NCBI GenBank assembly: GCA_963702845.1
Contig: OY969763.1
Location: forward strand, 2,400,001-2,464,000
Direction of reading: 5' to 3'
DNA length: 64,000 nt
From: an uncultured Verrucomicrobiae bacterium
GTDB taxonomy: Bacteria > Verrucomicrobiota > Verrucomicrobiia > Limisphaerales > Palsa-1400
Shown here: in pieces, positions 34,379 to 46,464 of the stretch
Layout: every line of letters begins with the position of its first letter
Numbering within the stretch: the stretch's first letter is position 1
Made by a program: the position numbers and the translations under genes
The notes under the pieces: generated by a model
Database searches by the model: none
What the model was told of the DNA's origin: nothing
The model's input: the letters and a program-made list of their open reading frames with translations, nothing else

Positions 34379-35276
34379 TTATACGTCACACAACCGGACG
34401 GCGGCGTTCAGCGAAGCAAACTTGTCGCGCGTTGGAATAAATTCCTGGCCGACGTAGCCTTTGTAGCCAGTCTCTGCAATCGCGTTCATCACCGCGGAAT
34501 AATTGATCTCTTGCGAGTCATCGATTTCATTTCGGCCGGGATTGCCACCGGTGTGATAGTGCGCAACCAACGGATGATACTGCTTGATGCGCGTGATGAT
34601 GTCGCCGTGCATGATCTGCACATGATATACATCGAACAAAATCTTCATCCGCTCTGAACCGACCGCCTTTACGATTTCGGCGGTCATATCCATGCTGTCG
34701 CAGAAATAATCGGGATGGCCTTTCATGTTCACGTTGACGCGCGAATTCAGCATTTCGATGACGAGATTAACCTTTTTCTTCTCCGCGTGACCGATGATCT
34801 TCTTCAGGCCGTCGACCATGTTCTTCATCCCCTCGATCCGTCGACAATCCGCGTCGATAGCCGGAGAAAGTTATCACGTTTTGGAAACCGCCATCGGATG
34901 CTTTGTTGATGCGGTCAGTCAGCACCTGGATGCATTCGTCGTGCTCTTCTTTGTGTGCAAATCCTTTCAGGAACCCATGCGATGAAATCATCGCGCAGGT
35001 CAGCCCCTTTTTTTGAATCGTCGGCAATTGCTCGGGCTGCAGCAATTCGATCGATTCCAGCCCCATGCGAACGGCGTCATCGGCCAATTCCTCCAGCGTC
35101 ATCGGCTTGTAGCACCACCAGCAGACCGATTGGCGGATGCGTCCATTCTTGGGTTTATAGGTTGCTTCAGCCTCGGCCCGTTGCGTGACGCCAAGCGCGC
35201 CGAGAGCGAGGGCTCCGGCTCCAAGATGTTTAAATGCAGTGCGGCGGGAAAGAGTCGTTTTCGGCGCTGTGTTCAT
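34379..35276 (-). CDS. Tat-exported xylose-isomerase-like TIM barrel (hydroxypyruvate isomerase family), one frameshift
   Basis: LSRRTAFK Tat motif; IRQSVCWWC; EMLNS; LFDVYHVQIMHGD; HYHTGGNPGRNE; QEFIP; shift near 34830. Confidence 0.85.
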
Positions 35277-35313
35277 GCCTACTTTTTAGCCCGAGCCGAG
35301 CCGCCTGCCTAGT

Positions 35314-36060
35314 TTAATGTTTTAGCACGATTGGTTTATTGCACGCCCAGAGCACGCCGCGCGTGACCATGTCGAGGTATTCGGGCGTTTCCATCACCTT
35401 ATTCGAATGGCCAACGGTCGTGCCGAAGACGCGTGCTTTGCCGTAGGTATTCGCCCAAACGACGGTGTTCTTGCTCTTATCTTTGTCGTGGCCGGTGGCT
35501 TGCGCGAGCGGGATGGTGTGAGGCCAGAGTTTGATGGTGACGTATTGCTCGTCAGATGGATCGTGAAAGATCGCCGGGAAACCTTTCATAATCGGATTCC
35601 CGGGCTTCACGACCGTGACATCAAAAGGCTGTTGCTTCTCATGACGCATAGAGGTAACCCCGAGCAGCTTTCGCCATTCATCGGTTTTGGCTTCGCGGAA
35701 CGTGTGAATGGCACAATGAATCACAACGGCAGGCAGGCCGGTGTCGCGATGGACGGCGGCGATTTTGTTGATGTAATCGACGTTGGTGAATTTTCCCGAG
35801 CACATATTGTACACCACGACGTCGATGCCTTTGTTCCAGTCGGGTTTGTCGAAGGTCTCAAAGCGAATTGTTTTGTCGTCGGTTTCACCTTTATCCTCGA
35901 TTGTCCAAACAATATCCGTTCGCGCGCCAATGCCTTCGGTCAGAGTCTTTTTTTGCGCGGTGAATTCGTGACAACACCCGCCGGTGATGTAAAGAGCGTG
36001 AATGGGTTCGGCGGCCTTAGCGCTGATTGCCAGTGCCAGCAGGAAGAAAAGTTTTCGCAT
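35314..36060 (-). CDS. secreted ThuA-like (class I glutamine amidotransferase fold) protein
   Basis: Signal peptide; ITGGCCHEF; IHCAIHTF; DEQY; YGKARVFGTTVGH. Confidence 0.85.
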   Translation of the reverse strand: MRKLFFLLALAISAKAAEPIHALYITGGCCHEFTAQKKTLTEGIGARTDIVWTIEDKGETDDKTIRFETFDKPDWNKGIDVVVYNMCSGKFTNVDYINKIAAVHRDTGLPAVVIHCAIHTFREAKTDEWRKLLGVTSMRHEKQQPFDVTVVKPGNPIMKGFPAIFHDPSDEQYVTIKLWPHTIPLAQATGHDKDKSKNTVVWANTYGKARVFGTTVGHSNKVMETPEYLDMVTRGVLWACNKPIVLKH

Positions 36061-36140
36061 CCGGCGAATCTGACAAAAAAACACGGTAACTCAACTAGAT
36101 TTCTCGACGACCACTTACAATGTAACTATCATCGGGACTC

Positions 36141-37743
36141 GTGCGTTATCGCTGTCTCCATTGTTTACTGGTCTTTTTCGCGATATCCCTGCGCATTTTC
36201 GGCATGGCTGCCGAAAGTGGGACGGACCAACTCCGCTCGCTCGTTCGGATGCCGATGGTAACGGTTACTTTCGGTTGGTCGTTCAACCCAAAAACCGGGT
36301 TGAAGCTCGACGTCGAAAAGCCGCTCGCCCGCGATCGAATCGCTGAAATCGAAAAGAAAGTCACCGGCACACCTGCCGATGCCGAACGTTATCTCCTGTT
36401 AGGCGACCTTTACCTTGACGTTCCCGACTACGAGAAGTCCCGCAACGCTTATGTCAAAGCAGTTGCTCTGTTCCGGAAGCGCATGGAGTTGGAGCCCGAC
36501 CGAGCTTCTTTGCTGTGTGATTTCGGCGAAGCGCTCTACGCGACGTCGAATTTCGATGAAGCCGAAAGCGTGCTGCGCAAGGCGGTAAAACTCGCGCCGA
36601 AAAACGCGGCTGCTGGGACAGTTTAGGACGCTATCTGGAAACAGTGGCAGCAACAAAGTTTAGTCCGACCAAGAGTTCGCCAGACAAGCCTGCGAACGAA
36701 AGACCTTCCGCAGACCAACTGGCCAGCGCACAACGGTCGCTCGATGAGGCGACAAGGTGTTTCGACAAAGCAATTACATGTTCGACAAACGAGGCGATGC
36801 CTTATGTGCAACGCGCCATGCACACATGGGCACAGCATTTCTACAAACGCGCCTTTGAAATGGCGCGCGGCCAGGAAGACGACGAACATAAACTGGAGCG
36901 GTCGCTCGCGGCCAATGACGCGTTACCAGACCTGGATAAAGCGGTTCAGCTCGATCCAAAGGATGTGCGCGTGATTGGCACGGCGACGATCATGGAAGTT
37001 TTTTCCGCCAACGCGAAGAAGAACAACAAGCCACACGTGCAGATGATCAAGTTCGAGGAGATGGCCGATCCAACGCAAAAATCCATCCGCGCCAAGCTCG
37101 TCCTGCTCCAAAATATCGCGCAAAGCGCTGAGCCGAAAACGGCGGCGGCCGCGACGGAAATGCTCGCGTTTTGCCAGGGGCCGTTGATCGGCGATCTTGC
37201 GGGTTGTATGGAAAGTTTACGTCGCACTGTTCAGCTCGACCCAACGCGCCAGGGCGCATGGCACATGTTGATTGCAGGGTTGGCTGGCCAGGGCCGTTAT
37301 CGACAGGCCGCGCCGGTTTGCGAACAGAACATTGCCCAAAAGGATTCGCCGATGAATCGCATTATGTATGCAAAGGTGCTGTTCAAGTTGAATCGCCTGG
37401 CGCAGGCCGATGAACAATTACGAGCCGCACTTGCGTTTGGACCCAGGCGATTTCACGCGCGAACGTAGCCGTTGCTGCGATCGCGGTGAAGCGCGGGACG
37501 AATCTTACTGAATTGATTCAGGCTGAGCAACCGTTGTCGCGCGCGGAACAGGCGGTGCAAAGCAAGCTGGACGTCGATCGCGATGGCGCGCGCCAGGCGA
37601 TGATTGATTTTTGTCTGACCAAAGCGATTTACTGCGGGCTCACGGACCGCACCGACATGGCGCGAGCTTACGCTAAACACGTCCTCACACTTGAATCAGA
37701 GAATCAAGATGCGAAGGAAGTGCTTGCGGCGTTGAATCGCTAG
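36141..37743 (+). CDS. secreted tetratricopeptide-repeat protein (frameshifted)
   Basis: TPR-like helices (FDEAESVLRKAVKLAP, LDKAVQLDP, LRRTVQLDP) across ORFs 36141-36626, 36644-37468 and 37486-37743. Confidence 0.7.
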
Positions 37744-37764
37744 AACGGGCGGAAATGTCCGCTC

Positions 37765-38798
37765 CTAGTAACTGTTCAGCACGTCGATCAGTTCGCGCAA
37801 GCGGCCGTATTGGCGACGGTCGAATTCGAAGGCAATGCGCGGCAGGTCCAGGCAATCGTTATCTTCTTGTTCTTCCGGCGTCGGCTTGATGATGTGGATT
37901 TTTTGGCCGGTCATGATGTCGCCAAAATCTTCGTTCAATGCATCAATGGCTGAGGCAGACGGCGCATTTTTCAAACGCAGCACCAACTGCTCTTTGACGA
38001 AACGGCTGGAATGGTAGTTCCGATAGAAACGCGTGATGATGCGAACGGCGTGCTTGGCGTTGTCGGCGATTTGGTAAAGGTGCAAATCGTCCGGCGAAAT
38101 CAGTTGTTCGCGCAGGAGATGTTCGCGGACATTTTTGTCCCACGTTTTCCAATACGTGCCGCCCGGACGATCCATCAACACCAACGGCATGAGACGGCTC
38201 TTGCCGGTTTGCATGAGCGTGAGAGCTTCGTATCCTTCGTCCATGGTGCCGAAGCCGCCAGGGAAAATACGATTGCGTCGGAGTTGCGGATGAAGATCAG
38301 CTTTCGGGTGAAGAAGTATTTGAACGAGATCAGCTTCTTGTCTTTGTCGATGATCGGGTTTGGCGATTGTTCCCAGGGGAGACGGATGTTGACGCCGAAA
38401 CTGTTTTCCGGACCAGCACCTTCGTGGCCGGCTTGCATGATGCCGGGACCTGCACCGGTAATGACCATGTAGCCGGCTTCGGCGACCATTTTAGCGAACT
38501 CGACGGCTTGGAGGTATTCCTGTTTGGACGGGAGAGTTCGGGCAGAGCCGAAGATGGTGACTTTGCGTTTGTGGTTGTAGGGCGCGAAGAGGCGATAGGA
38601 ATAACGCATCTCACGCAGTGCGGTTCTGATGACGCGCACGTCACCACGATCTTCAACATCGCTCAATAATTTGAGGCCGTTGATGAGGATGTCTTCAACT
38701 AGATCGGGGTTGTAACCGTCTGGTTTGAAGTCTTTGATGAGGTCTTGAATACGCCGCCGGATTGCGGGGTCTATCTGATTTTTTTCAGGTTTTTCCAT
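37765..38798 (-). CDS. LOG family (TIGR00730) nucleotide phosphoribohydrolase-like protein, one frameshift
   Basis: VTIFGSAR; ITGAGPGIMQAG; FKYFFTRKLIF; PGGFGTMDE restored across a -1 indel near 38266. Confidence 0.88.
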
Positions 38799-38826
38799 AT
38801 AATTTAATCAATTCCGAGCGTAAGGG

Positions 38827-39607
38827 TTACGTGGGTAAAAGCAACAGTTTGCGGCGGTAGCAAAGGATGGCGCTGATGACGATCAGGATTGTGAAGACCG
38901 AGACGGAGATGACGCCCATTTTGTAGACAAACTCGCGGAAGGTTTTGAATTCGTGGACGGGGGCGCTGAGATGAATGGCCATCAAAGTCACCAGCGGCCA
39001 ATGACACTAAAGCTAGACTGCACCAGAGATAGTAACGCCATGCATCGGGTTGGTTGTCAGATTTCGGCGATTGGGAACGAAGCCATTTAAAATAGTGGAG
39101 CGCGAGGATCGCTCCACCAGCGAGCGTGCTGATGTACTGAAGGACGTAAGCAATGGTGATGTCTTGCGGGCCAATATGAGCGAGACTCATGCGAAGCGGG
39201 GCAAAATGGCGAGACACGTAAGAGCCGTCGTGCGTGAACTGATCCCAGATGATGTGCGTCCATGCGCCGAGTAGGATTGAAACGATTGCGATCAAAAGAG
39301 TTTCAGGGGTAAAGACTGGTTTCTGATGCGCCAAGGGCGTGAGTTGGTTGCGATGCGGGGACGGGAGAATGAAGCAGAGTTCGCGACGGATCAAATAGAA
39401 CAGACCGAGCAGAACCAGGCCAGTGGGAATACAAATGACGACCGTACCAATCGGTTGGTGAGCGATTTTTGCGAGGCCGCGCTCGCCGATGAAGTAACCT
39501 GCGTCTGGTGACATGCTCCCGATGACCAAGGCCGCGAAGCTCAATCGATTCGGAGTGAATCGTCTAAACGGAAGAATCGCGGCGGGATGGGAGCAGGTTA
39601 GCGGCAT
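38827..39607 (-). CDS. DUF4184 family membrane protein
   Basis: MPLTCSHPAA; ALVIGSMSPD; GAWTHIIWDQFTH; LQYIST; last TM helix continues after a shift near 38990 to stop at 38827. Confidence 0.82.
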
Positions 39608-39636
39608 AGGTTTCTCATATCACCGATGACCAAATC

Positions 39637-39665
39637 CAAAGCGGCAGAGGGCTGCCGCACTCCAA
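39637..39665 (-). repeat. REP-like palindrome (GGAGTGCG type)
   Basis: Minus strand TTGGAGT-GCGGCAG-CCCT-CTGCCGC-TTTG; perfect 7 bp stem in an intergenic gap. Confidence 0.6.
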
Positions 39666-39704
39666 GACGCTTCGCGAGGCCGCAAGCATGTGATGAACAT
39701 AACA

Positions 39705-42700
39705 CTATGGCTCTTTCGTTAATTGTTTCTTCAACTCGCGTGTGAGGGGGCGGTTGTCGCCGGGTGGGTTAAGGATGTACCAAATCAGGTCGCGGAAATC
39801 TTTGTCGGGCATTTGTTCGAGGCCTTCGGGCATGACGGACAGTTGGCTGACGCGCATGGATTCGACATCGGATTTGGACACGACTTCTTCTTTGGGCCCA
39901 GCCGAGAGAAGTTTGATGTGGGTGGCGTCGTTCTCGACGATGCGGCCACTGACGTTGCGGCCGTCTTTGGTTTCGACTTCGACGTTTTCGTAGCCTTTGC
40001 CGACGACTTGATTGGGGTCGATGACGTTGGCGAGCAAGGCGTCGAGAGAGGAGCGACCGACACCGGTTAGGTCGGGGCCAACGTCTGCGCCTTCGCCATA
40101 GAGTTTGTGGCAGACAAAGCAGGTTTTTTTGGCGACTTCGTAGCCGTGAGAGATGTCTGGTTTACCGTCGCGAACCATATGACGCTTTTCGTGAATCAAT
40201 TTGGTTTTGTTTTCGTTCGATTCGCGGAACCGTCCGAGCAGATTTTTCGTCCGTTCATCCAGCGCGATGTCTTTGTAGTGCGCGAGCGTGCGGAGGATAC
40301 CGGCTGAGACTTCGGTCGGTGCGACCGTTTTGTTCTGGACGGCATTCAAGAATTCGTTCGCCCAGGTCTGGCGGGAAACCAGGGTGTCCATCGCTGCCCT
40401 GCGCACGCTGCCATTAAAGGTTTTCCATTGGTTGAGGATTTTTGCGGCGACGTCATCTCCGTCGACCGAGCTGATAATGCGCAAGGCTTCGACAGTCACC
40501 GCCTCAGGATTCTCGTGGGTGATCACTTGAACGAGTGCATCGTGAACGGCTGGGCATTTTTTTTCTTTTAAGATGCTGATGGCTTGGACACGTTCGTCGG
40601 TCGGGGCGGATGAGGTGTTGATGAGCTTGAGGGTCGCGGCGAGTGAGTCGGGATCGTTCCACAAGGTGCCGAGTTCGCGGGCGCCGGATTGAACATTCGT
40701 GTCTGAACTTTCATGTAACGTGGCGAACAAAGATTTGAGGTCGCGATCGGGTAGCAACTGCTTTCCGTTCTGGCCGTCGATAAAGCCTTGGAGCGCAGCA
40801 GCGGCCAGGCCGGATTTGTCATCGGAGATTTGTAATAGGAAATCGACGGCTTGGTTGAGTTTGTTGGTTTCGCCGGTGTCGCAGATGCGGTGCATAGCTT
40901 TGCGGGTGAGGATGCCGCTGAGGGGCATGGTGCGGGCGCCGTTTTCGGCGAGCCATTTGAGGCCACCAACAACTTTCGCATGCTGTGGCAGCAGGAACTG
41001 TCCGGAATAGTCTTGATTCGGACCTTCAGCTGGATTTTTCGCAATGACCGGTTCCTCAGCCATCCAAATCATGAACGGGATTAACGGATCATTGGCGTCG
41101 GCAGAGGAAACAATCAAGTTATTCAGGGCTTTTCCCACTGGCATCATGGCGATGTCTTGATCAACCGTTGGCGATCTCGATACAACACGTCGAATAGCGG
41201 TCGCCACCGAAAGGCGGACAACAGGACTCGAATCCGACGCCATTGTAGTTAACTGAGATATAACTTTGTTAATGTATCCGCGAGCGTTGGAGCCTCCTCC
41301 GCGAGTGATAATGTCGTTACGAAAACGGTAGCAGACTTTCTCCTGCATAACGCACTGCCCAACTCCGGACGGCAGGCTCGCTTGAATGGAGCATTTCTTC
41401 GAGGAACTTTGGTTCGCCGTCCATGTCGAATGGATAGGTTCCATAAAGTGTCCAAAGTGCCGCCATCCTCACATCCAGTGACGTGTTAGTTCGAATTATC
41501 TCACGAAGATCATATTTGATTTCGAAGTTCTCAGACCCAGTGAAATGTTCGCACAATAGACGTTGTGCCATTCTGCGTTGCCAGATATTTGGATGTTGTA
41601 GGAGCCAAACCAATTCATAGTGCTTCGCCCTGCTCAAATCCATGTGGCGTTCACGTTGGCCGGACTTGTGTTCGCCCGTGTAAACGACACGCCAGATGCG
41701 TCCGTAGGTGCGGTCGACGCCTTCGGGGTCGGCTTGGGCGTTTTGGTAGCAGGGATATTTGTCATACCAATCGGCGATCCACATTGCGCCGTCGGGGCCG
41801 ACTTGTTCGCTGACGGGACGGAACCAACCGTCGGTGGTGGTAAGGAAATCTTTTTCGGCAACGGCTTTAAAGCTGGAGCCGTTGGGGATGAGGCGGTCGT
41901 GGTTGATGGCGCATTGGTGGATGTTGCCGAAGAAAACGTGGCCCTGGTATTCGGGCGGGAACATGTCGCCTTGATAGATGCAGATGCCGCTATAGGCGGC
42001 CATGTAGTGTTTGTGGTCGACGATTGATGGGAGGAGTTCGTAGGCGTAGGGATTTGCGGGGACGCCGCCCTGGCGTTGGTAGATGCCGCCGGGGGCGAGG
42101 TGCCAGAGATGATCGATGACGCAGGCGCTGACGAAGGCGTTGCCGGCGGCGTCAAAGTCCACGCCCCATGGATTGCTGGTGCCGTCGGCGAAGACTTCGA
42201 ATTTTTTGGTGATTGGATGGTAGCGGCAGAGGGCGGCGCTGACTTCGATGCCGGGTGAGCTGGCTTCGGGGATTTTGACTTTTGAATGGTTGAAGACGCC
42301 GTGGGTCATGTAGAGCCAGCCGTCGGGACCCCACGTGAAACCGTTGAGGAGTTCGTGGCGGTCGTTGGTGTCGAAACCGGTGAGGAGTTTTTCGCGGGTG
42401 TCGGCGTGATCGTCGTGATTGGTGTCGCGAAGGAACAGGAGGTCTGGGGCTTGGCCGACGTAAACGCCGCCGTTGCCGAGGGCGATGCCGGTGGCGAGGT
42501 TGAGGCCGTCGGCGAAGATGGTGACTTTGTCGGCGACGCCGTCGCCGTCGGTGTCTTCTAGGATTTTGATGCGGTCGCGGGATTTTGCGCCTTTTGGTGC
42601 GCCTAGTGGATATTCGAAAAGTTCGACGACCCAGAGTCGGCCGCGTTCGTCCCACGTCATGGCGACTGGGTTGATGATGTCGGGCTCGCGAGGCGAATAA

Positions 42701-42856
42701 ACGGACTTCGAAACCGGGAGGGACGGTGAATGCTTTTTGCGAATCGGTTGGTGATAGCGCGGCGCCGGCGGCTGGCGCGTAAGCCCCGGTGAGTTGATGG
42801 CCGGTGGCGAATGTAAGGTTCGTCGTTAAAAGCAGCAGTAGAATGATGCGGCTCAT
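39705..42856 (-). CDS. PVC-type membrane-bound dehydrogenase / heme-binding CxxCH protein (two frameshifts)
   Basis: Signal peptide at 42856; FTVPPGFEVRLFA; WDERGRLWVVE; ILEDTDGDG; DGWFRPV; C-terminal CFVCH, VGPDLTG, SVMPEGL; shifts near 42690 and 41330. Confidence 0.87.
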
Positions 42857-42873
42857 TGGGCGAAAGAATGTGG

Positions 42874-42944
42874 TGTAGGAGACGCGGTGACAAGTCTCAA
42901 AATTCAAAGGCAAAGGTCAGAGACTCGTTACCTCGTCTGCTACA
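42874..42944. repeat. inverted pair of GTAG-type REP elements (REPIN/BIME-like)
   Basis: TGTAG-GAGAC-N10-GTCTC on plus (42874-42898) and TGTAG-CAGAC-N10-GTCTC on minus (42920-42944). Confidence 0.7.
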
Positions 42945-43027
42945 AAATCCAAGTGCAACGGTACCCCGCTCTGCTATAGGTTATACAGGCGCGCGAATTG
43001 CAAAGCACAGCATTACAAATTAAAAGT

Positions 43028-43861
43028 ATGAGCAAAAAGATTCTTTCGGAGGCGCAGGTTCCGCATTTCACAATGATGGTTATGTGATCGTGCGCGGATT
43101 GTTTGATGCCGAGGAAGCCGATATTTTGCGAAAGACGGCCAAGGCAGATGCGGCGTTTGAGAAGCATTCGTATCAAGTGGATGACGGCAAAGGCGCCGCC
43201 ATCAAGTTGGCGCTTGTGGAATAAGCTTGGGGAAAATCTTTACGGTTATATCGCGCGTTGTCCGAGGATTGTGGATGCGATGGAGCAGCTTCTCGGCGAT
43301 GAGGTTTATCATTATCACTCGAAGATGAGTATCAAGGAGCCGTTCACGGGCGGCGCATGGAATTGGCATCAGGATTATGGGTATTGGTATTTGAATGGAT
43401 GTCTTTATCCGGATATGGCGTCGGCGTTTATCGCGGTGGATCCGAATACGCGCGAGAACGGGTGCATGCAAGTGCTTAAAGGCTCACACAAATTGGGACG
43501 TGTGGAGCATGGAAAGTTTGGCGACCAGACCGGAGCTGATCCCGAGCGGGTCGAGAACGCGAAGAAAATTATGGAGCACGTTTATGTGGAGCTTGCGCCG
43601 GGAGATGTTTTGTTTTTTCACTCGAATACGTTTCACGCTTCGGACCAGAACAAGTCCCCGGATCCGCGCTGGTCGTTGATCTGTTGTTACAACACGAAGC
43701 ACAACAATCCGTATAAGGAGAGTCATCACCCGTTCTACGAGAAGCTCGACAAGGTCTCAGACAATGCGCTGAAGGAAGCGGGAGCGAAGTTGTTTAGCGA
43801 AGGTCAGGAGTTCTGGGAACCGAATAAGGACAAGTCGATGGCGGGCGGAAAGAAGCGTTAG
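43028..43861 (+). CDS. phytanoyl-CoA dioxygenase family Fe(II)/2-oxoglutarate enzyme (frameshifted N-terminus)
   Basis: [53 protein letters not shown]; shifts near 43060 and 43215. Confidence 0.87.
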
Positions 43862-43873
43862 CACGCGGCCACC

Positions 43874-44986
43874 TTACTCGGCGTTTAGCAACAGCAGGTC
43901 GTTACGTTTGGCCTGGATGTTTTCCAATCTTTTGTCGCCGCGCAGGACATGGCGGAAGGCGATAGGGAAGGTCTCGGTTTCGTAGTTGAAATCTTCTGAT
44001 GCCTGCACCTGGATGTGGACATGCGGCATGGTGGTGTTGCCGGAATTACCGCATTGAGCAATAGGTTGGCCGAGTTTTACCTCGTCGCCGACTTTTACGG
44101 TGATGCTCTTGCGTTTGAGGTGAGCAATCAAAACGTAACGGTCGGGGGCCATCTCGATCGTCAGGTAGTTACCGGCGACGTGTTCTACGTCGGTTTGGCC
44201 TATTTTATTGTCGCGATGATTACGTTCCACGTGAGCAACACGACCGGAACATGGGCTGTAGACCGTTTCTCCGAATCCGGCATCGCTTTTCATGATCTTC
44301 CAATCGCGAACCTGCAGCACGTTGTCAGCGACTTTGAAGATGTCGAGAGCGTGGCGCTGAGATATTAAAGGGTAATGGTGGTTGATGATTGAATCGTTCC
44401 CGCCCTGGACCACACACATCACGCCTTTCATCGGCGAATCGAGCACAACTTTTTCTCCCGGAGCGGGAGAAGCGATTTGGCCGAAATGCCAAATCATGAA
44501 CGCAGCGCCGATCGCATACATCACCGTGAACGGAATTGAGATGCGGCTCGCCGGCATGAACGAAATAAGGATTTGTGGTGCAACCAGGCCCCACATGATC
44601 AATTTCATGAATGATTGTGGATAATCCGGAAATTGGCATCGGACAATGGCAATGCTCAGCAGATACCCGCAACTTGCGTAAAACGCCAAACGCGGCAGAG
44701 CGGCAAGCCAGTAACGGCCCGATTCGCGATCAAACGGTTTAATCAGTAATCCGAGATAAATTTTATGGCGCACAATACGCGAAACGAGAATCGCAGACAC
44801 CACAAACGCGGCCACAAACAACATAAAATAAATCATGTTCGTAAAAAAATCGCCGGTAGCGTATGCGCCATAACCGATACCGAGCATCAGTAGCGCGAAG
44901 ACCGTTTCTCCAACGTAAATAAGGATTTTCTTTGCCCTGCTATTGGTAGCGGTCTGTTGAGGGCTAACGACGGTTAGTGTTTCCAT
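43874..44986 (-). CDS. membrane-anchored M23 peptidase
   Basis: About five TM helices, then NHHY..ALDI, GNYLTI, AHLK..SI, CGNSGNTTMPHVHIQ. Confidence 0.88.
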   Translation of the reverse strand: METLTVVSPQQTATNSRAKKILIYVGETVFALLMLGIGYGAYATGDFFTNMIYFMLFVAAFVVSAILVSRIVRHKIYLGLLIKPFDRESGRYWLAALPRLAFYASCGYLLSIAIVRCQFPDYPQSFMKLIMWGLVAPQILISFMPASRISIPFTVMYAIGAAFMIWHFGQIASPAPGEKVVLDSPMKGVMCVVQGGNDSIINHHYPLISQRHALDIFKVADNVLQVRDWKIMKSDAGFGETVYSPCSGRVAHVERNHRDNKIGQTDVEHVAGNYLTIEMAPDRYVLIAHLKRKSITVKVGDEVKLGQPIAQCGNSGNTTMPHVHIQVQASEDFNYETETFPIAFRHVLRGDKRLENIQAKRNDLLLLNAE

Positions 44987-45120
44987 AAATTGTTCGCTGA
45001 ATGCGGCAATGAAGTTGTTTACTGAAGGGGAGGAATTCGGGAACTGAAACGGGATAAGACGATGGAGGGTGGGAGCAAAAAGTAATCAGTATTCAGTATG
45101 CAGTAAAAGCCACTGGATGT

Positions 45121-46425
45121 TCAATCAGCGTTGAGAATGTCGCCTTTGATCGGGGAGTAATTTGATTTTGGTTCGGAGCCGCCGGCAAGTGGGACTTTGT
45201 TGAATTTGCATTTGATGCCGAGTGCGTCCTGGAAAATGGCGGAATGTTGAAGCTGATAGTGAAGGTGAGGCTCGGATGAATTGCCGGAGTTGCCGCATTT
45301 GCCAAGCAATTGTCCGCGCTGGACGTGGTCGCCAGCTTTCACCACCAGGCTGCCGCGTTGGAAATGAGCGAGCATGGAGAACTCGTTCGTGCGGTGTTCG
45401 ATGACAATACAATTGCCGACCAGACAATACGAATTCATCGAACCCGGCGTGTTATCGCGCACGCCGTCAATCGCCTCGATTACCACGCCGTCTGCGGGGG
45501 CGAGTATTTCGCGCCCGAAACAAAAGTAATCTTCATTCTTCGAGGCATCGCCGCTGTGCGTTTCGCCTTTATCGTCCACACCAACGATATCGAAGGCGAA
45601 GTTCTGGGCAGGAATGCCGTGGTGATGATTCAATTCTTTGGTGTCGCCTCCCCAGACCACGAGCCATTTGCCTTTGAAAGGTAGCGAAAGCTCCGTGACG
45701 TGTTTTTTCGGCGCGGGTTTCGACGCTACGGCGTGCGGTTTGAAATAGAGTCCAGCAATTTTGTTTTCATCGTCGAGGGCGAGCGTCATGTCGAGCATGC
45801 CTTGCTCGCAATGGACAGGGAACACTGTCTCCTCCGCACCGCGTTTCGGCTGATCCAACTTCTGCAGTTTGCCGTACTGCGACGTTAATCCGGTAAAAAA
45901 CTCGGTTGATTTATCCAACGGCAACGCCTCGCTCATATCTTTGTTAAAAAGCTTTTCGACGCCGGAGTAATCCGCCGCATTGATCAACTCGATCAACTGC
46001 TTTGCAATCTTAGTGGAGGGATCCTCCTGCTTTTTCGACGCCGCTTTTGGCGATTCGGCACGCGGCTTGAAGTAGAGCCCTGAAATTTTGCCCTGGCGAT
46101 CGAGCGCAAGCGACATGTCCGTCAACCCGCGCTCGAAATGGGCCGGGAAAACCGTCCAACCGGCGCTGCGTTTCGGTTCGTCCAGCTTTTCGATTTTTCC
46201 CAGTTCCGCCGCCATTCCGGCAAAGAAGGCGGTCGATTTATTCAACGGCAAAGCAGCGCTCATCTGTTTGTCGAAGAGATCCTCGATGCCGGAATAATCC
46301 GATGCGTTTATCATCTCAACGAGACGGTTTGCGACAGTGGTGTAGGAATTGGTGTCCTGGGCAAAAATGTTGTGAGATAAAATGATGAAAACAAAGGCCA
46401 AGAATGTGGGAATAAATTTTTTCAT
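45121..46425 (-). CDS. secreted protein with two DUF3887-like domains and an M23 peptidase domain
   Basis: Signal peptide; two repeats INAxDYSG.E.LF.K.MS.ALPL.KST.FF....KI.GLYFKP; FAFDI; CGNSGNSSEPHLHYQ. Confidence 0.88.
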   Translation of the reverse strand: MKKFIPTFLAFVFIILSHNIFAQDTNSYTTVANRLVEMINASDYSGIEDLFDKQMSAALPLNKSTAFFAGMAAELGKIEKLDEPKRSAGWTVFPAHFERGLTDMSLALDRQGKISGLYFKPRAESPKAASKKQEDPSTKIAKQLIELINAADYSGVEKLFNKDMSEALPLDKSTEFFTGLTSQYGKLQKLDQPKRGAEETVFPVHCEQGMLDMTLALDDENKIAGLYFKPHAVASKPAPKKHVTELSLPFKGKWLVVWGGDTKELNHHHGIPAQNFAFDIVGVDDKGETHSGDASKNEDYFCFGREILAPADGVVIEAIDGVRDNTPGSMNSYCLVGNCIVIEHRTNEFSMLAHFQRGSLVVKAGDHVQRGQLLGKCGNSGNSSEPHLHYQLQHSAIFQDALGIKCKFNKVPLAGGSEPKSNYSPIKGDILNAD

Positions 46426-46464
46426 ATGTTTGTGTACGGCTGTAGGCGTCGCTTTCGAAACTCC

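Noticed and set aside
36121..36150. TGTAAC..CGTTA as a third copy of the ECF promoter
   Set aside because: The -10 box does not match CGACTAA and it overlaps the predicted start; may belong to another sigma, but unsupported
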